Virus record (IMG/VR): IMGVR_UViG_3300042335_000320
Coordinates: 1-27,969 of that record
DNA: 27,969 nucleotides
DNA from: a virus
Lineage: Duplodnaviria > Caudoviricetes
Reading direction: 5' to 3' (one strand)
In this document: one piece after another, positions 1 to 7,491 of the stretch
Layout: each line of letters begins with the position of its first letter
Numbering within the stretch: the first letter of the stretch is position 1
The notes under the pieces: generated by a model
What the model was told of the DNA's origin: nothing
What the model saw: the letters and a program-made list of their open reading frames with translations, nothing else
The model's database searches: none
Position numbers and translations under genes: made by a program

Positions 1-57
1 ATATAAGGTTTCCGGATCCTCAAAACCGGTATTTTTTAACTCTTTAATAATTGAACC

Positions 58-312
58 ATGATTGAAACAACAATAAGATTTCGTAACTACTCAATACAAG
101 TAGTGGCAGAACACCACGAAGGGTATTCCGCAACACTGGAAGAGCCCGGACTGGATGAACAATTTGATATAATATCTTTAGTAATTAAAGAGACAGAATA
201 TGAGCCGGAGGAACTAGCCGAACTTCTGGAAATGACAGAAAAGGAACTTGATGATTTTTTATTTTTAAGACTTAAACAACAAATGGATTATGACAAACAC
301 AACAATTTTTGA
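58..312 (+). CDS. hypothetical acidic phage protein
   Basis: 84-aa ORF with ATG after an A/T-rich leader; overlaps the next gene; no recognisable motif. Confidence 0.7.
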   Translation: MIETTIRFRNYSIQVVAEHHEGYSATLEEPGLDEQFDIISLVIKETEYEPEELAELLEMTEKELDDFLFLRLKQQMDYDKHNNF

Positions 313-781
313 GATTGGTAACGAATACCAAAATATTATAAGCCTTATTGAGCAAAATAACGGCGAAATAACGGATGATTTACATGAAGCCTATATAAAT
401 AGTCGGGACGAACTAAATAACAAGGCTAAAGCCTATATTTACGTTATCAGGAATAAAGAAAATCTTATATCAAATATTGACGCGGAGATTGACAGGCTCA
501 AAGAGATGAAAAAACGTACCGAAAACGAAATTGACCGGATTAAAAATTATCTTTCAATGGCAGTCGATACTTTCGGGAACTTTGAAACAGGACTTCACAA
601 AATAAGTAACCGTATTTCAAAAATCGTGGAGGTTACAGATTGTAACCAACTGCCAAAAGAATATTTGAAAGAGAAAATCGAAATAAGCGCGGACAAAACC
701 GCAATAAAAAAAGCGATTGAATCAGGCGAAAATATTTCCGGCGCTTTATTAGTAACAAAATCAAACCTACAAATCAAATGA
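290..781 (+). CDS. Siphovirus Gp157 family protein
   Basis: Central coiled coil (IDAEIDRLKEMKKR) followed by LPKEY...DKTAIKKAIESGENISGALLV...LQIK, the typical Gp157 C-terminus. Confidence 0.88.
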   Translation: MTNTTIFEIGNEYQNIISLIEQNNGEITDDLHEAYINSRDELNNKAKAYIYVIRNKENLISNIDAEIDRLKEMKKRTENEIDRIKNYLSMAVDTFGNFETGLHKISNRISKIVEVTDCNQLPKEYLKEKIEISADKTAIKKAIESGENISGALLVTKSNLQIK

Positions 782-1122
782 TTGACAACAAAGGCGCGGC
801 CGATTTTTATCTACTCATTACCTGTCTAAATGCTGCCTGTTACGCCATTACAGAGATGGAGCCAGATAAGATGAAAGGCAACGACAAAGTAAATTTTAAA
901 AACCTTAGAAATTATATGCTCAATTTTCTCAAAGGTCTGGAACGCCGGACAACAAAAGAAAAGTTTGATGAACTAAAACAGTATAACTTTGATAACGTAG
1001 TTTTAATGACTGAACTCATGGCAACAATGAGTTTATTACCTCCGGGCCAAGTAGATTGGTTTTTAGGCGAGGTTAACAAACTAACTTTTGCCGCAGTAAA
1101 TAGGGCGCTATCTGAAAAATAA
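778..1122 (+). CDS. hypothetical protein
   Basis: 114-aa ORF, ATGA overlap with Gp157. Confidence 0.7.
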   Translation: MIDNKGAADFYLLITCLNAACYAITEMEPDKMKGNDKVNFKNLRNYMLNFLKGLERRTTKEKFDELKQYNFDNVVLMTELMATMSLLPPGQVDWFLGEVNKLTFAAVNRALSEK

Positions 1123-1171
1123 ACAAACTTTAACTATACTTCTGGGCGGAGTTATAAAACCCATTTTAATT

Positions 1172-1981
1172 ATGAATTATGTACAAACAGAACCAATGGT
1201 AATTTACCAAGTTCAAAATGCTGAAAACGTAAACAATGTTTACAAAACATCTGATTTATCAATCTTTAAACAAATTGGAGGGAATAGAATCCCAAATTTA
1301 CAACACGTGAAAAGATTGACAGATTCAATTTTAAATTATGGAATGAAATGTAATCCTATTTTAGTAAATGAAAAAATGGAGGTAATTGATGGTCAACATC
1401 GATTGTTGGCAGCAAAAGAAGCTAATTCATTCGTTTATTTTATTATTCTAAATGGATATACACTTTCGGAAGTTCACACCTTGAATCTTAATCAGAAAAA
1501 CTGGTCAAAAAAAGATTTTATGGAAGGTTATGCAAACATGGGTATTGATCCTTATATTAAATTAAGAGAATTTTCAAATAAACATGATGATTATTCATTT
1601 TATGATTGTATTTCATTTTCTCAAAATACAGTTGGTGATGGTCATAAAATGTTAGCTCAAAAAATTAATAAAAAAAATAATAAACAAATAGAAGTTTTTG
1701 AAGAAGGAACATGGAATTGCGGAGATATGAATATTGCTAATGAATGGGCAAATAAAATAAGAATGATAAAAACTTATTATTTTAATTATAACCGTTCAGT
1801 TTTTGTTCATACAATGATTTCTTTATTTAAAAACCAAAATTTTGATTTTAATGAATTTATGCACAAGCTAAGACTTCAACCGACTGCATTGGTTGATTGT
1901 GCAAATCGTGAACAATACAAAACTCTTATTGAAGATATTTATAATTATAAAAATAGAAATAAAGTAAATTTAAGATTCTAA
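1172..1981 (+). CDS. ParB/Srx-like N-terminal domain protein
   Basis: NPILVNEKMEVIDGQHRLLAAKE matches the ParB-N GxHR motif; more AT-rich than its neighbours. Confidence 0.82.
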   Translation: MNYVQTEPMVIYQVQNAENVNNVYKTSDLSIFKQIGGNRIPNLQHVKRLTDSILNYGMKCNPILVNEKMEVIDGQHRLLAAKEANSFVYFIILNGYTLSEVHTLNLNQKNWSKKDFMEGYANMGIDPYIKLREFSNKHDDYSFYDCISFSQNTVGDGHKMLAQKINKKNNKQIEVFEEGTWNCGDMNIANEWANKIRMIKTYYFNYNRSVFVHTMISLFKNQNFDFNEFMHKLRLQPTALVDCANREQYKTLIEDIYNYKNRNKVNLRF

Positions 1982-1985
1982 TAAT

Positions 1986-1993
1986 TATATTTG
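1986..1993 (+). promoter_or_regulatory. possible Bacteroidota -7 promoter box (TATATTTG)
   Basis: Exact TAnnTTTG just after the ParB-like stop codon; no clear -33 TTG. Confidence 0.4.
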
Positions 1994-2023
1994 TACTGTT
2001 TACAGGTTTAGTAATTGGCATTC

Positions 2024-2061
2024 AAAGAGGTTGGTAAAAAAGATACTGACCTCTTTTTTTT
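2024..2061 (+). terminator. intrinsic terminator
   Basis: AAAGAGGTTGGTA/TACTGACCTCTTT stem whose G-U pairs work on the + strand, followed by T8. Confidence 0.8.
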
Positions 2062-2067
2062 ATACAC

Positions 2068-2100
2068 AAAAAAAACCCTTCCTAATTGCTCAGGAAAGGC
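2068..2100 (-). terminator. intrinsic terminator on the minus strand
   Basis: Minus strand reads GCCUUUCCUGA-GCAA-UUAGGAAGGGU then a U run: 11-bp stem with a GNRA tetraloop; the G-U pairs form only in this orientation. Confidence 0.85.
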
Positions 2101-2136
2101 TAACAAATTAAAATATATAACAACAAATTTTATGAT
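2068..2136 (-). ncRNA. putative ~70-nt small RNA
   Basis: Bounded by a consensus minus-strand promoter (2141-2171) and a minus-strand terminator (2068-2100); no ORF. Confidence 0.6.
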
Positions 2137-2140
2137 ACAA

Positions 2141-2171
2141 CAAATGTAATCAATTTACTTGAAAATGTCAA
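2141..2171 (-). promoter_or_regulatory. Bacteroidota sigma-A type promoter (minus strand)
   Basis: On the minus strand: TTG (2171-2169), 20-nt spacer, TACATTTG (2148-2141). Confidence 0.68.
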
Positions 2172-2189
2172 TTAACCTCACTATATTTG
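2159..2189 (+). promoter_or_regulatory. Bacteroidota sigma-A type promoter (plus strand)
   Basis: TTG (2159-2161), 20-nt spacer, TATATTTG (2182-2189), 14 nt upstream of the ATG at 2204. Confidence 0.7.
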
Positions 2190-2203
2190 TTTAAAATAGT
2201 TAC

Positions 2204-2470
2204 ATGAAACAAACAACTTTAATGATAGTCGCGGCCGGATTGATACTCTTTACCTTTGCGATAATTTATATTGTCCGCTACCAGACATCAGCCGTTCATC
2301 AGATCTTCAAACACCATCGAGAACAACTCGAAAACGAAATTCAAGCCATTAAGTTGGAACGGGAACGACTGAAAAAATCAATTGATAGTCTGGAATACAG
2401 AATAAACCTCGAACAGGAAAACCTAATAATCGACATAGACAACTTCCTAAAAAATCATGGCAAAAGGTAG
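2204..2470 (+). CDS. N-terminally membrane-anchored coiled-coil protein (spanin-like candidate)
   Basis: Hydrophobic LMIVAAGLILFTFAIIYIV followed by an amphipathic helix. Confidence 0.6.
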   Translation: MKQTTLMIVAAGLILFTFAIIYIVRYQTSAVHQIFKHHREQLENEIQAIKLERERLKKSIDSLEYRINLEQENLIIDIDNFLKNHGKR

Positions 2471-2789
2471 TTTAATTTTTATCTTAATTTTGTTCTGTTT
2501 TCGAACAATGGCGCAGTCAGAATTACCGGAATGTTTGAATTTATTACAAAGGTCGAAGGTCATGATTCTGCAACAGGATACACTCATTAAACTGCTCAAA
2601 GACGATGCAAGGCTGATCACTTCCGAAAATATTGTACTTAGAAAACAGTTCGACAATTCCGAAATAACAATGCGATATCTAAACATAGAACTCAAAAAAG
2701 AGAAAACACAAAAAAAGGTCTGGCAGATGATCGGAATTTCAGCACTCACCGGATTATTAACAACATCAATAATTTTAATCACAAAATGA
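2457..2789 (+). CDS. exported coiled-coil protein with C-terminal membrane helix (spanin-like candidate)
   Basis: Signal-like N-terminus with TMA|Q, coiled coil, then KKVWQMIGISALTGLLTTSIILITK. Confidence 0.6.
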   Translation: MAKGSLIFILILFCFRTMAQSELPECLNLLQRSKVMILQQDTLIKLLKDDARLITSENIVLRKQFDNSEITMRYLNIELKKEKTQKKVWQMIGISALTGLLTTSIILITK

Positions 2790-3427
2790 ATTTTGAATTA
2801 CTACAATCGCAACTGATTCAAATATCAAAGCTAAAAAATAATGATGGGCAGATTCCAGACGTACCAAAAAACCCTCGTTTTATTAAAGATACAAGGTTTG
2901 AAAAGTTAGTCAAAAGTTTGCAAGATAACCCAGAAATGTTATCAGCGCGCGAACTATTAGTCTACCAATACGAAAATCAGTTTATTGTCATAGGTGGCAA
3001 CATGAGACTAAGGGCAGCAAAGGAATTAGGATATAAGGAACTGCCATGCAAAGTATTGACAGACCTGACCAGCGAACAGATACGAGCCATTGTCATCAAA
3101 GACAATATTAGTTTTGGCAGCGACGATTGGGAAAGTTTATCTAACGAGTGGGATTCTTTAGAACTGGAAGAATGGGGAATGGAAGTACCTAATTTTGTCA
3201 ATACACTTGAAATAAATCAAATGACAGAAAATGAACTCGATTTTACAGAAGAATTTGACCCAATAGGCGAAAGTAAAGGTTTAGTTAGATTAGTAGTAAT
3301 ATTTGATGGAATGATTGAAGCAAAAGACTGGATTGATAAAAATGTTCCAGAATTAGAATATAAAAAGAAAGGCAATGATGATAACATAATATTACAGGTA
3401 AATTTAGCTACGAATTATGGTATATAA
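2786..3427 (+). CDS. ParB-like nuclease domain protein of the type linked to phage DNA-modification genes
   Basis: NPRFIKDTRFEKLVKSL...VIGGNMRLRAAKELG...IKDN...WD...LEEWG. Confidence 0.88.
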   Translation: MNFELLQSQLIQISKLKNNDGQIPDVPKNPRFIKDTRFEKLVKSLQDNPEMLSARELLVYQYENQFIVIGGNMRLRAAKELGYKELPCKVLTDLTSEQIRAIVIKDNISFGSDDWESLSNEWDSLELEEWGMEVPNFVNTLEINQMTENELDFTEEFDPIGESKGLVRLVVIFDGMIEAKDWIDKNVPELEYKKKGNDDNIILQVNLATNYGI

Positions 3428-4193
3428 ATATCCTATATATATTATAAGTAAAGGCAGATATGAAAAACCATTGACTGCAAAATTATTTGAAAAATGCAAT
3501 ATTGATTATTTAATTGCAGTTGAACCACAAGAATATGACTTGTATGTTAATAAATTAGGAATAGATAAAGTTTTAAAATTACCATTTTCAAATTTAGGTT
3601 TAGGTAGTTATCCTGCTAGAAATTATTGTTGGGAACATGCCAAGTCTAAAGGTTATAAATATCATTGGTTATTTGATGATAATTTTTTGATGTTTAAAAA
3701 ATGGATAAATCAAAAAAGGGTTAGAATTGAAAATATACCAGATGCTATAAAATATGTAGAATTATTTTCAGAAAAGACTAACATAGATATTTTAGGATTT
3801 GAAAGACCAGAATTTTCTTGTAAAGTACCTAAAAAACCATTTAAGTTTAATTGTCATGTTTATTCAGCTATGTTAATAAAAAATGATTTATCTTATCGTT
3901 GGAGATTAAAATATAATGAAGATGTAGATTTGTGTTTACAAGTTTTACATAATAAAGGTACAACTGCAAGTTGTATATATTATTTAGCTAAAAAAGTAGA
4001 TACTGGTCAAAAAATGAAAGGTGGCAATCAAGATGAACTTTACAAAGGCAATGACCCTAAAAAAAAATTGTTAAAAGCAAAAATGTTAGAAGCTGTATGG
4101 CCACAATATGCAAAAACCGTAATTCGATTTAATAGATACCATCATTTTGTAGACTGGAAAGTATTTAAGAAAAATTTAAAACTCAATAAATAA
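3417..4193 (+). CDS. TET-associated glycosyltransferase (TAGT)/GREB1-related GT-A protein
   Basis: YPIYIISKGR, ARNYCWEHA, WLFDDN, YNEDVDLCLQVL and QKMKGGN motifs typical of phage TAGT-like enzymes. Confidence 0.78.
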   Translation: MVYKYPIYIISKGRYEKPLTAKLFEKCNIDYLIAVEPQEYDLYVNKLGIDKVLKLPFSNLGLGSYPARNYCWEHAKSKGYKYHWLFDDNFLMFKKWINQKRVRIENIPDAIKYVELFSEKTNIDILGFERPEFSCKVPKKPFKFNCHVYSAMLIKNDLSYRWRLKYNEDVDLCLQVLHNKGTTASCIYYLAKKVDTGQKMKGGNQDELYKGNDPKKKLLKAKMLEAVWPQYAKTVIRFNRYHHFVDWKVFKKNLKLNK

Positions 4194-4522
4194 TGTACAA
4201 ATTTAAAGGCACAATCAAAGAGGTTAAGGATACTCAAATCTTCGAAACTAAGTCTTTCAAAAAACGCGAGTTCGTACTGACTGAATCAGAATCAAAATAC
4301 CCGCAGTCAATCAAATTTGAACTCTTTAAAGATAACTGTAACCTAATCGAGGGATACAAAACCGGCGAGGAAGTGGAAGTAAAATTTAACATCAAAGGCC
4401 GCGAATATAACGGCAACTATTATATCACTTTGGAGGCTTATAGTGTCATAGGCACTAAGATACAAGCCGCGAAATCAATGTTAGTGACCGAAGTACAATC
4501 TGAGGAGGGATTCCCTTTTTAA
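4193..4522 (+). CDS. DUF3127 family OB-fold protein (putative ssDNA-binding protein)
   Basis: FKKREFVL...YPQSIKFEL...GEEVEVKFNIKGREY, with an acidic tail ending in PF. Confidence 0.88.
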   Translation: MYKFKGTIKEVKDTQIFETKSFKKREFVLTESESKYPQSIKFELFKDNCNLIEGYKTGEEVEVKFNIKGREYNGNYYITLEAYSVIGTKIQAAKSMLVTEVQSEEGFPF

Positions 4523-4524
4523 TT

Positions 4525-4722
4525 ATGCCGATACCAACACCAACACCGACAGAATCTTCAAAGGATTTTTTAGAACGTTGCATGAGTGATGAAGTGATGC
4601 TCAACGAATATCCAGATCAAGCGCAAAGATTTGCGATTTGTTCTGTAACGTTTGACAAACAAAAACTTGAATCAAAAAACTGTGATAAATCTGTGAAAAA
4701 TGCCAAATCCAGAAAATCTTAA
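4525..4722 (+). CDS. small conserved-type phage protein
   Basis: MPIPTP...FLERCMSD...EYPD..QRFAIC, a pattern recalled from small proteins of aquatic phages. Confidence 0.7.
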   Translation: MPIPTPTPTESSKDFLERCMSDEVMLNEYPDQAQRFAICSVTFDKQKLESKNCDKSVKNAKSRKS

Positions 4723-5035
4723 ACCTTTCAAAAAAGGCAAAGACGAAAGGCGAAACGAAAACGGTCGACCGAAAGACGAACTGCGGGAAATTAAAACCGT
4801 TATCGCCGATTTACTCAAACAACAGAAAAACAATCAGCAACTTGTTGACGGCTTAATGACCGTTGTGGTAAACAAGGCGCTCAAAGGCGATTTAAAGGCC
4901 GTTGATATGCTTTTGTCGTACTGCTATGGCAAACCAACACAACGTACCGAAATAACAGGCGCAGATGGCGAAAAAATAGATTTTAAAGTGGAAGTATTAC
5001 AAGGCGAAAAAACACTACCATACAAACCGGAATGA
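4700..5035 (+). CDS. terS: terminase small subunit (DUF5681-like N-terminus)
   Basis: NLKPFKKG...NGRPK, KALKGDLKA, YGKP and EITGADG motifs; directly upstream of TerL. Confidence 0.75.
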   Translation: MPNPENLKPFKKGKDERRNENGRPKDELREIKTVIADLLKQQKNNQQLVDGLMTVVVNKALKGDLKAVDMLLSYCYGKPTQRTEITGADGEKIDFKVEVLQGEKTLPYKPE

Positions 5036-6228
5036 AAACAACCTGCCTTTATTTGTGGAATAAATACCCGGACAAATATTATCCAAAATTAGATAATAAA
5101 AAAAAGGTTACAATCGTAAATCAGGGCGGAACTTCCTCCGGGAAAACTTATTCAATACTGCAGGTTTTGTTTACAATCGCAATCGAGAATCCTAAATTTG
5201 TTATAACTATTGTAGGTCAGGATATACCAAACTTAAAACGCGGTGCGATAAGAGACGCTCAAAATATTGTATCTGAAAATCTAAGTATTTCAAGTCAGAT
5301 TCTAAAATGGAATAATAGCGATAAAATTTACACGTTCCGTAACGGTTCGATAATCGAGTTCACAAGTTATGAAAGCAGTCAGGATGCAAAGAATGGAAAA
5401 AGACACGTTCTATTTGTAAACGAGGCTAATGGTATTGATTACAATGTTTTTTCTGAACTCGATCTGCGTACAAGTTACCGGACATTTATAGACTACAATC
5501 CAAACGCTGAATTTTGGGTACATGAAAAAGTGATACCACTTCCAAACGTGGCCTATTTTATCAGCAACTTTGAACACAATCCATTTTTAAGCGAAAATAT
5601 TATAAATGGTATATTAAGACTAAAAACGATTGACACTCAACTCTGGCGCGTTTATGGATTAGGACAGACCGGAAAAATACAAGGCTTGGTTTTTAACTAT
5701 CGAACAACGGACAGGATGCCAGAACAACTTAATAAACTTGCTTACGGTATGGACTTTGGATTCACGAATGACCCAACAACACTCGTAAAATGTGGCCTAT
5801 CCGATGGCGTTTTATATGGCGAAGAATTGATTTATCAAACAGGACTAACAAACCGAGATATAAACAAACTATTGATTGAGGCCGGCGTCACTAAACATGA
5901 TTTAATATTTGCTGATAGCGCAGACCCGAAAAGTATTCAAGAATTAAAACTTTACGGATGGAATATTAAAGGCGCGGACAAAGGCGCAGACAGTATAAAC
6001 TATTCCATCGATATTTTACGAAGCTATGGCGATATAAACCTCACGCGCAATTCTTACAATTGGATTAAGGAAGCAAATAGTTACAAATGGAAGGAGGAAC
6101 GATCTGGAACGAAAATAAACAAACCGATTGACGCGTTTAATCATTGTTGGGACGCGTGCCGATACTACGCGCTCGGAATGTTAGCAGCAAACAAAGGAAA
6201 AGGCATTTTATCATTCACAACTAAATAA
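5032..6228 (+). CDS. terL: terminase large subunit, PBSX family
   Basis: Walker A QGGTSSGKT, Walker B LFVNEAN, DYNP, GMDFGFTNDPT, ADSADPKSI, NHCWDACRY. Confidence 0.96.
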   Translation: MKTTCLYLWNKYPDKYYPKLDNKKKVTIVNQGGTSSGKTYSILQVLFTIAIENPKFVITIVGQDIPNLKRGAIRDAQNIVSENLSISSQILKWNNSDKIYTFRNGSIIEFTSYESSQDAKNGKRHVLFVNEANGIDYNVFSELDLRTSYRTFIDYNPNAEFWVHEKVIPLPNVAYFISNFEHNPFLSENIINGILRLKTIDTQLWRVYGLGQTGKIQGLVFNYRTTDRMPEQLNKLAYGMDFGFTNDPTTLVKCGLSDGVLYGEELIYQTGLTNRDINKLLIEAGVTKHDLIFADSADPKSIQELKLYGWNIKGADKGADSINYSIDILRSYGDINLTRNSYNWIKEANSYKWKEERSGTKINKPIDAFNHCWDACRYYALGMLAANKGKGILSFTTK

Positions 6229-6235
6229 TTTTATC

Positions 6236-6577
6236 ATGACAAACGAAGAATTAAAAACACTAACTGAAATTATCGTACTCAGCGCAAAATATCCTTCCGA
6301 CTTTGGACTACGCGCACTATCTCAGCAGGTTCAAAGATACCTACAAAACAACAAAGGTTCTGGGAACAGATTTCAACCTCAAAAAAACACTGGCGGAGGA
6401 ATTTTAAAGCCGGAAGAAAAAACAATATCAGAAATCATAACCGAAAAGCGAGTTACCTTGATGGAGGCAAAAGAAATCCGCGAGGAACTACTCGCAAACG
6501 AACCAGAACAGGAAGCAAAACCAAAGCGTTTTAAAAAGTCTAACAAATACAAAGCGGACGAAGATGCTCAAAATTAG
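6236..6577 (+). CDS. hypothetical protein
   Basis: 113-aa ORF filling the gap after TerL. Confidence 0.7.
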   Translation: MTNEELKTLTEIIVLSAKYPSDFGLRALSQQVQRYLQNNKGSGNRFQPQKNTGGGILKPEEKTISEIITEKRVTLMEAKEIREELLANEPEQEAKPKRFKKSNKYKADEDAQN

Positions 6578-7262
6578 TACAGAATCAGGAATTGAAATAA
6601 ACATACCTTCAGAACTCAAAGAAATAACCCTTAAACGTTATATCGACTTTTTGCAATTTGTCGAACCAACAAAGCCGGAATGCTTAAAAAAGATTGACAA
6701 GGCCGAAACGGAAGAGGAACGCGAAACCGCTATTTCAGAAATTGACGAACTGACCATTTCCAAACAGGTGCATCCGTATTTTATCCGTTGCATCTGTTAC
6801 TGGTCTGGTAACAATGAAAGCGATTTGCAAGATTTGGAGGTTGGATCATTAGTTTGGTTATTTCAATACATCACTAAGTTACTAAACAACCTTCCGGAGC
6901 CGGAATATAGCAACGTGATTGAGGTTAACGGCGAATTTTGGTATTTACCGGAGCGTTACATGGAAAACAGTACGGTTATTGAATACGCAGAGTCAGCACA
7001 ATTCCAACAAAACATGAAAGATTTATCCGGCGGCGATTGGGTAGCAATGGCAAAAATACTTTGCGTTCTATGTAGGAAGAAAGATGAAAAATATCATAGC
7101 TCATTACTAAAGCGCGAAAAGATGTTTTTGGATTGGAACTTATACGATGTTTGGCGCGTGGGTTTTTTTTTGTTGAAACGCAACGAACTATTGCATCTAA
7201 GTTTTCAAGCCTATATAAACGCTCAAGCTTTATCGAAATTAAGGCGGGAATTGAGCAATTAA
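6564..7262 (+). CDS. putative tail assembly chaperone (gpG-like, zero-frame product)
   Basis: IPSELKEITLKRY N-terminus; VGFF encoded by the slippery G GGT TTT TTT; overlaps a -1 frame ORF. Confidence 0.62.
   Translation: MLKISTESGIEINIPSELKEITLKRYIDFLQFVEPTKPECLKKIDKAETEEERETAISEIDELTISKQVHPYFIRCICYWSGNNESDLQDLEVGSLVWLFQYITKLLNNLPEPEYSNVIEVNGEFWYLPERYMENSTVIEYAESAQFQQNMKDLSGGDWVAMAKILCVLCRKKDEKYHSSLLKREKMFLDWNLYDVWRVGFFLLKRNELLHLSFQAYINAQALSKLRRELSN
7160..7171 (+). other. programmed -1 frameshift slippery site G_GGT_TTT(_TTT_TT)
   Basis: X XXY YYZ heptamer in frame with 6564..7262; the -1 frame stays open to 7459. Confidence 0.75.
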
Positions 7263-7459
7263 CATCTAAATACGGTTGGTATCTTACTTTAAAACGTTTG
7301 GCCGAAAGTGGTATATTTAACAGGCCAGACATGACACCAATGGAATCAGCAGAGGCCGCGCCGCTTTATGATGCTTTTGTTTATTTGTCCGCAGTTGAGG
7401 CAGAATTTGAATATCAAAATAAATATTCTGAGGAACAAAGTAAAAAGAAAAAAAAATAA
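7160..7459 (+). CDS. frameshift extension of the tail assembly chaperone (gpT-like)
   Basis: The -1 frame ORF has only a weak TTG start; it encodes KYGWYLTLKRLA...LYDAFVYLS. Confidence 0.62.
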   Translation, partial: GFFFVETQRTIASKFSSLYKRSSFIEIKAGIEQLTSKYGWYLTLKRLAESGIFNRPDMTPMESAEAAPLYDAFVYLSAVEAEFEYQNKYSEEQSKKKKK

Positions 7460-7460
7460 T

Positions 7461-7468
7461 TACTTTTG
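7461..7468 (+). promoter_or_regulatory. possible -7 promoter box (TACTTTTG)
   Basis: TAnnTTTG in the short intergenic gap before 7492; no -33 TTG. Confidence 0.3.
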
Positions 7469-7491
7469 TTTGATAATTAAAAAATATTTAT

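Noticed and set aside
8-37. CCGG-N10-CCGG hairpin with T run at the window start
   Set aside because: The stem is too short and the context truncated to call a terminator
4059-4067. A9 run in the glycosyltransferase as a phase-variation switch
   Set aside because: It simply encodes KKK in a very A-rich gene; there is no other support
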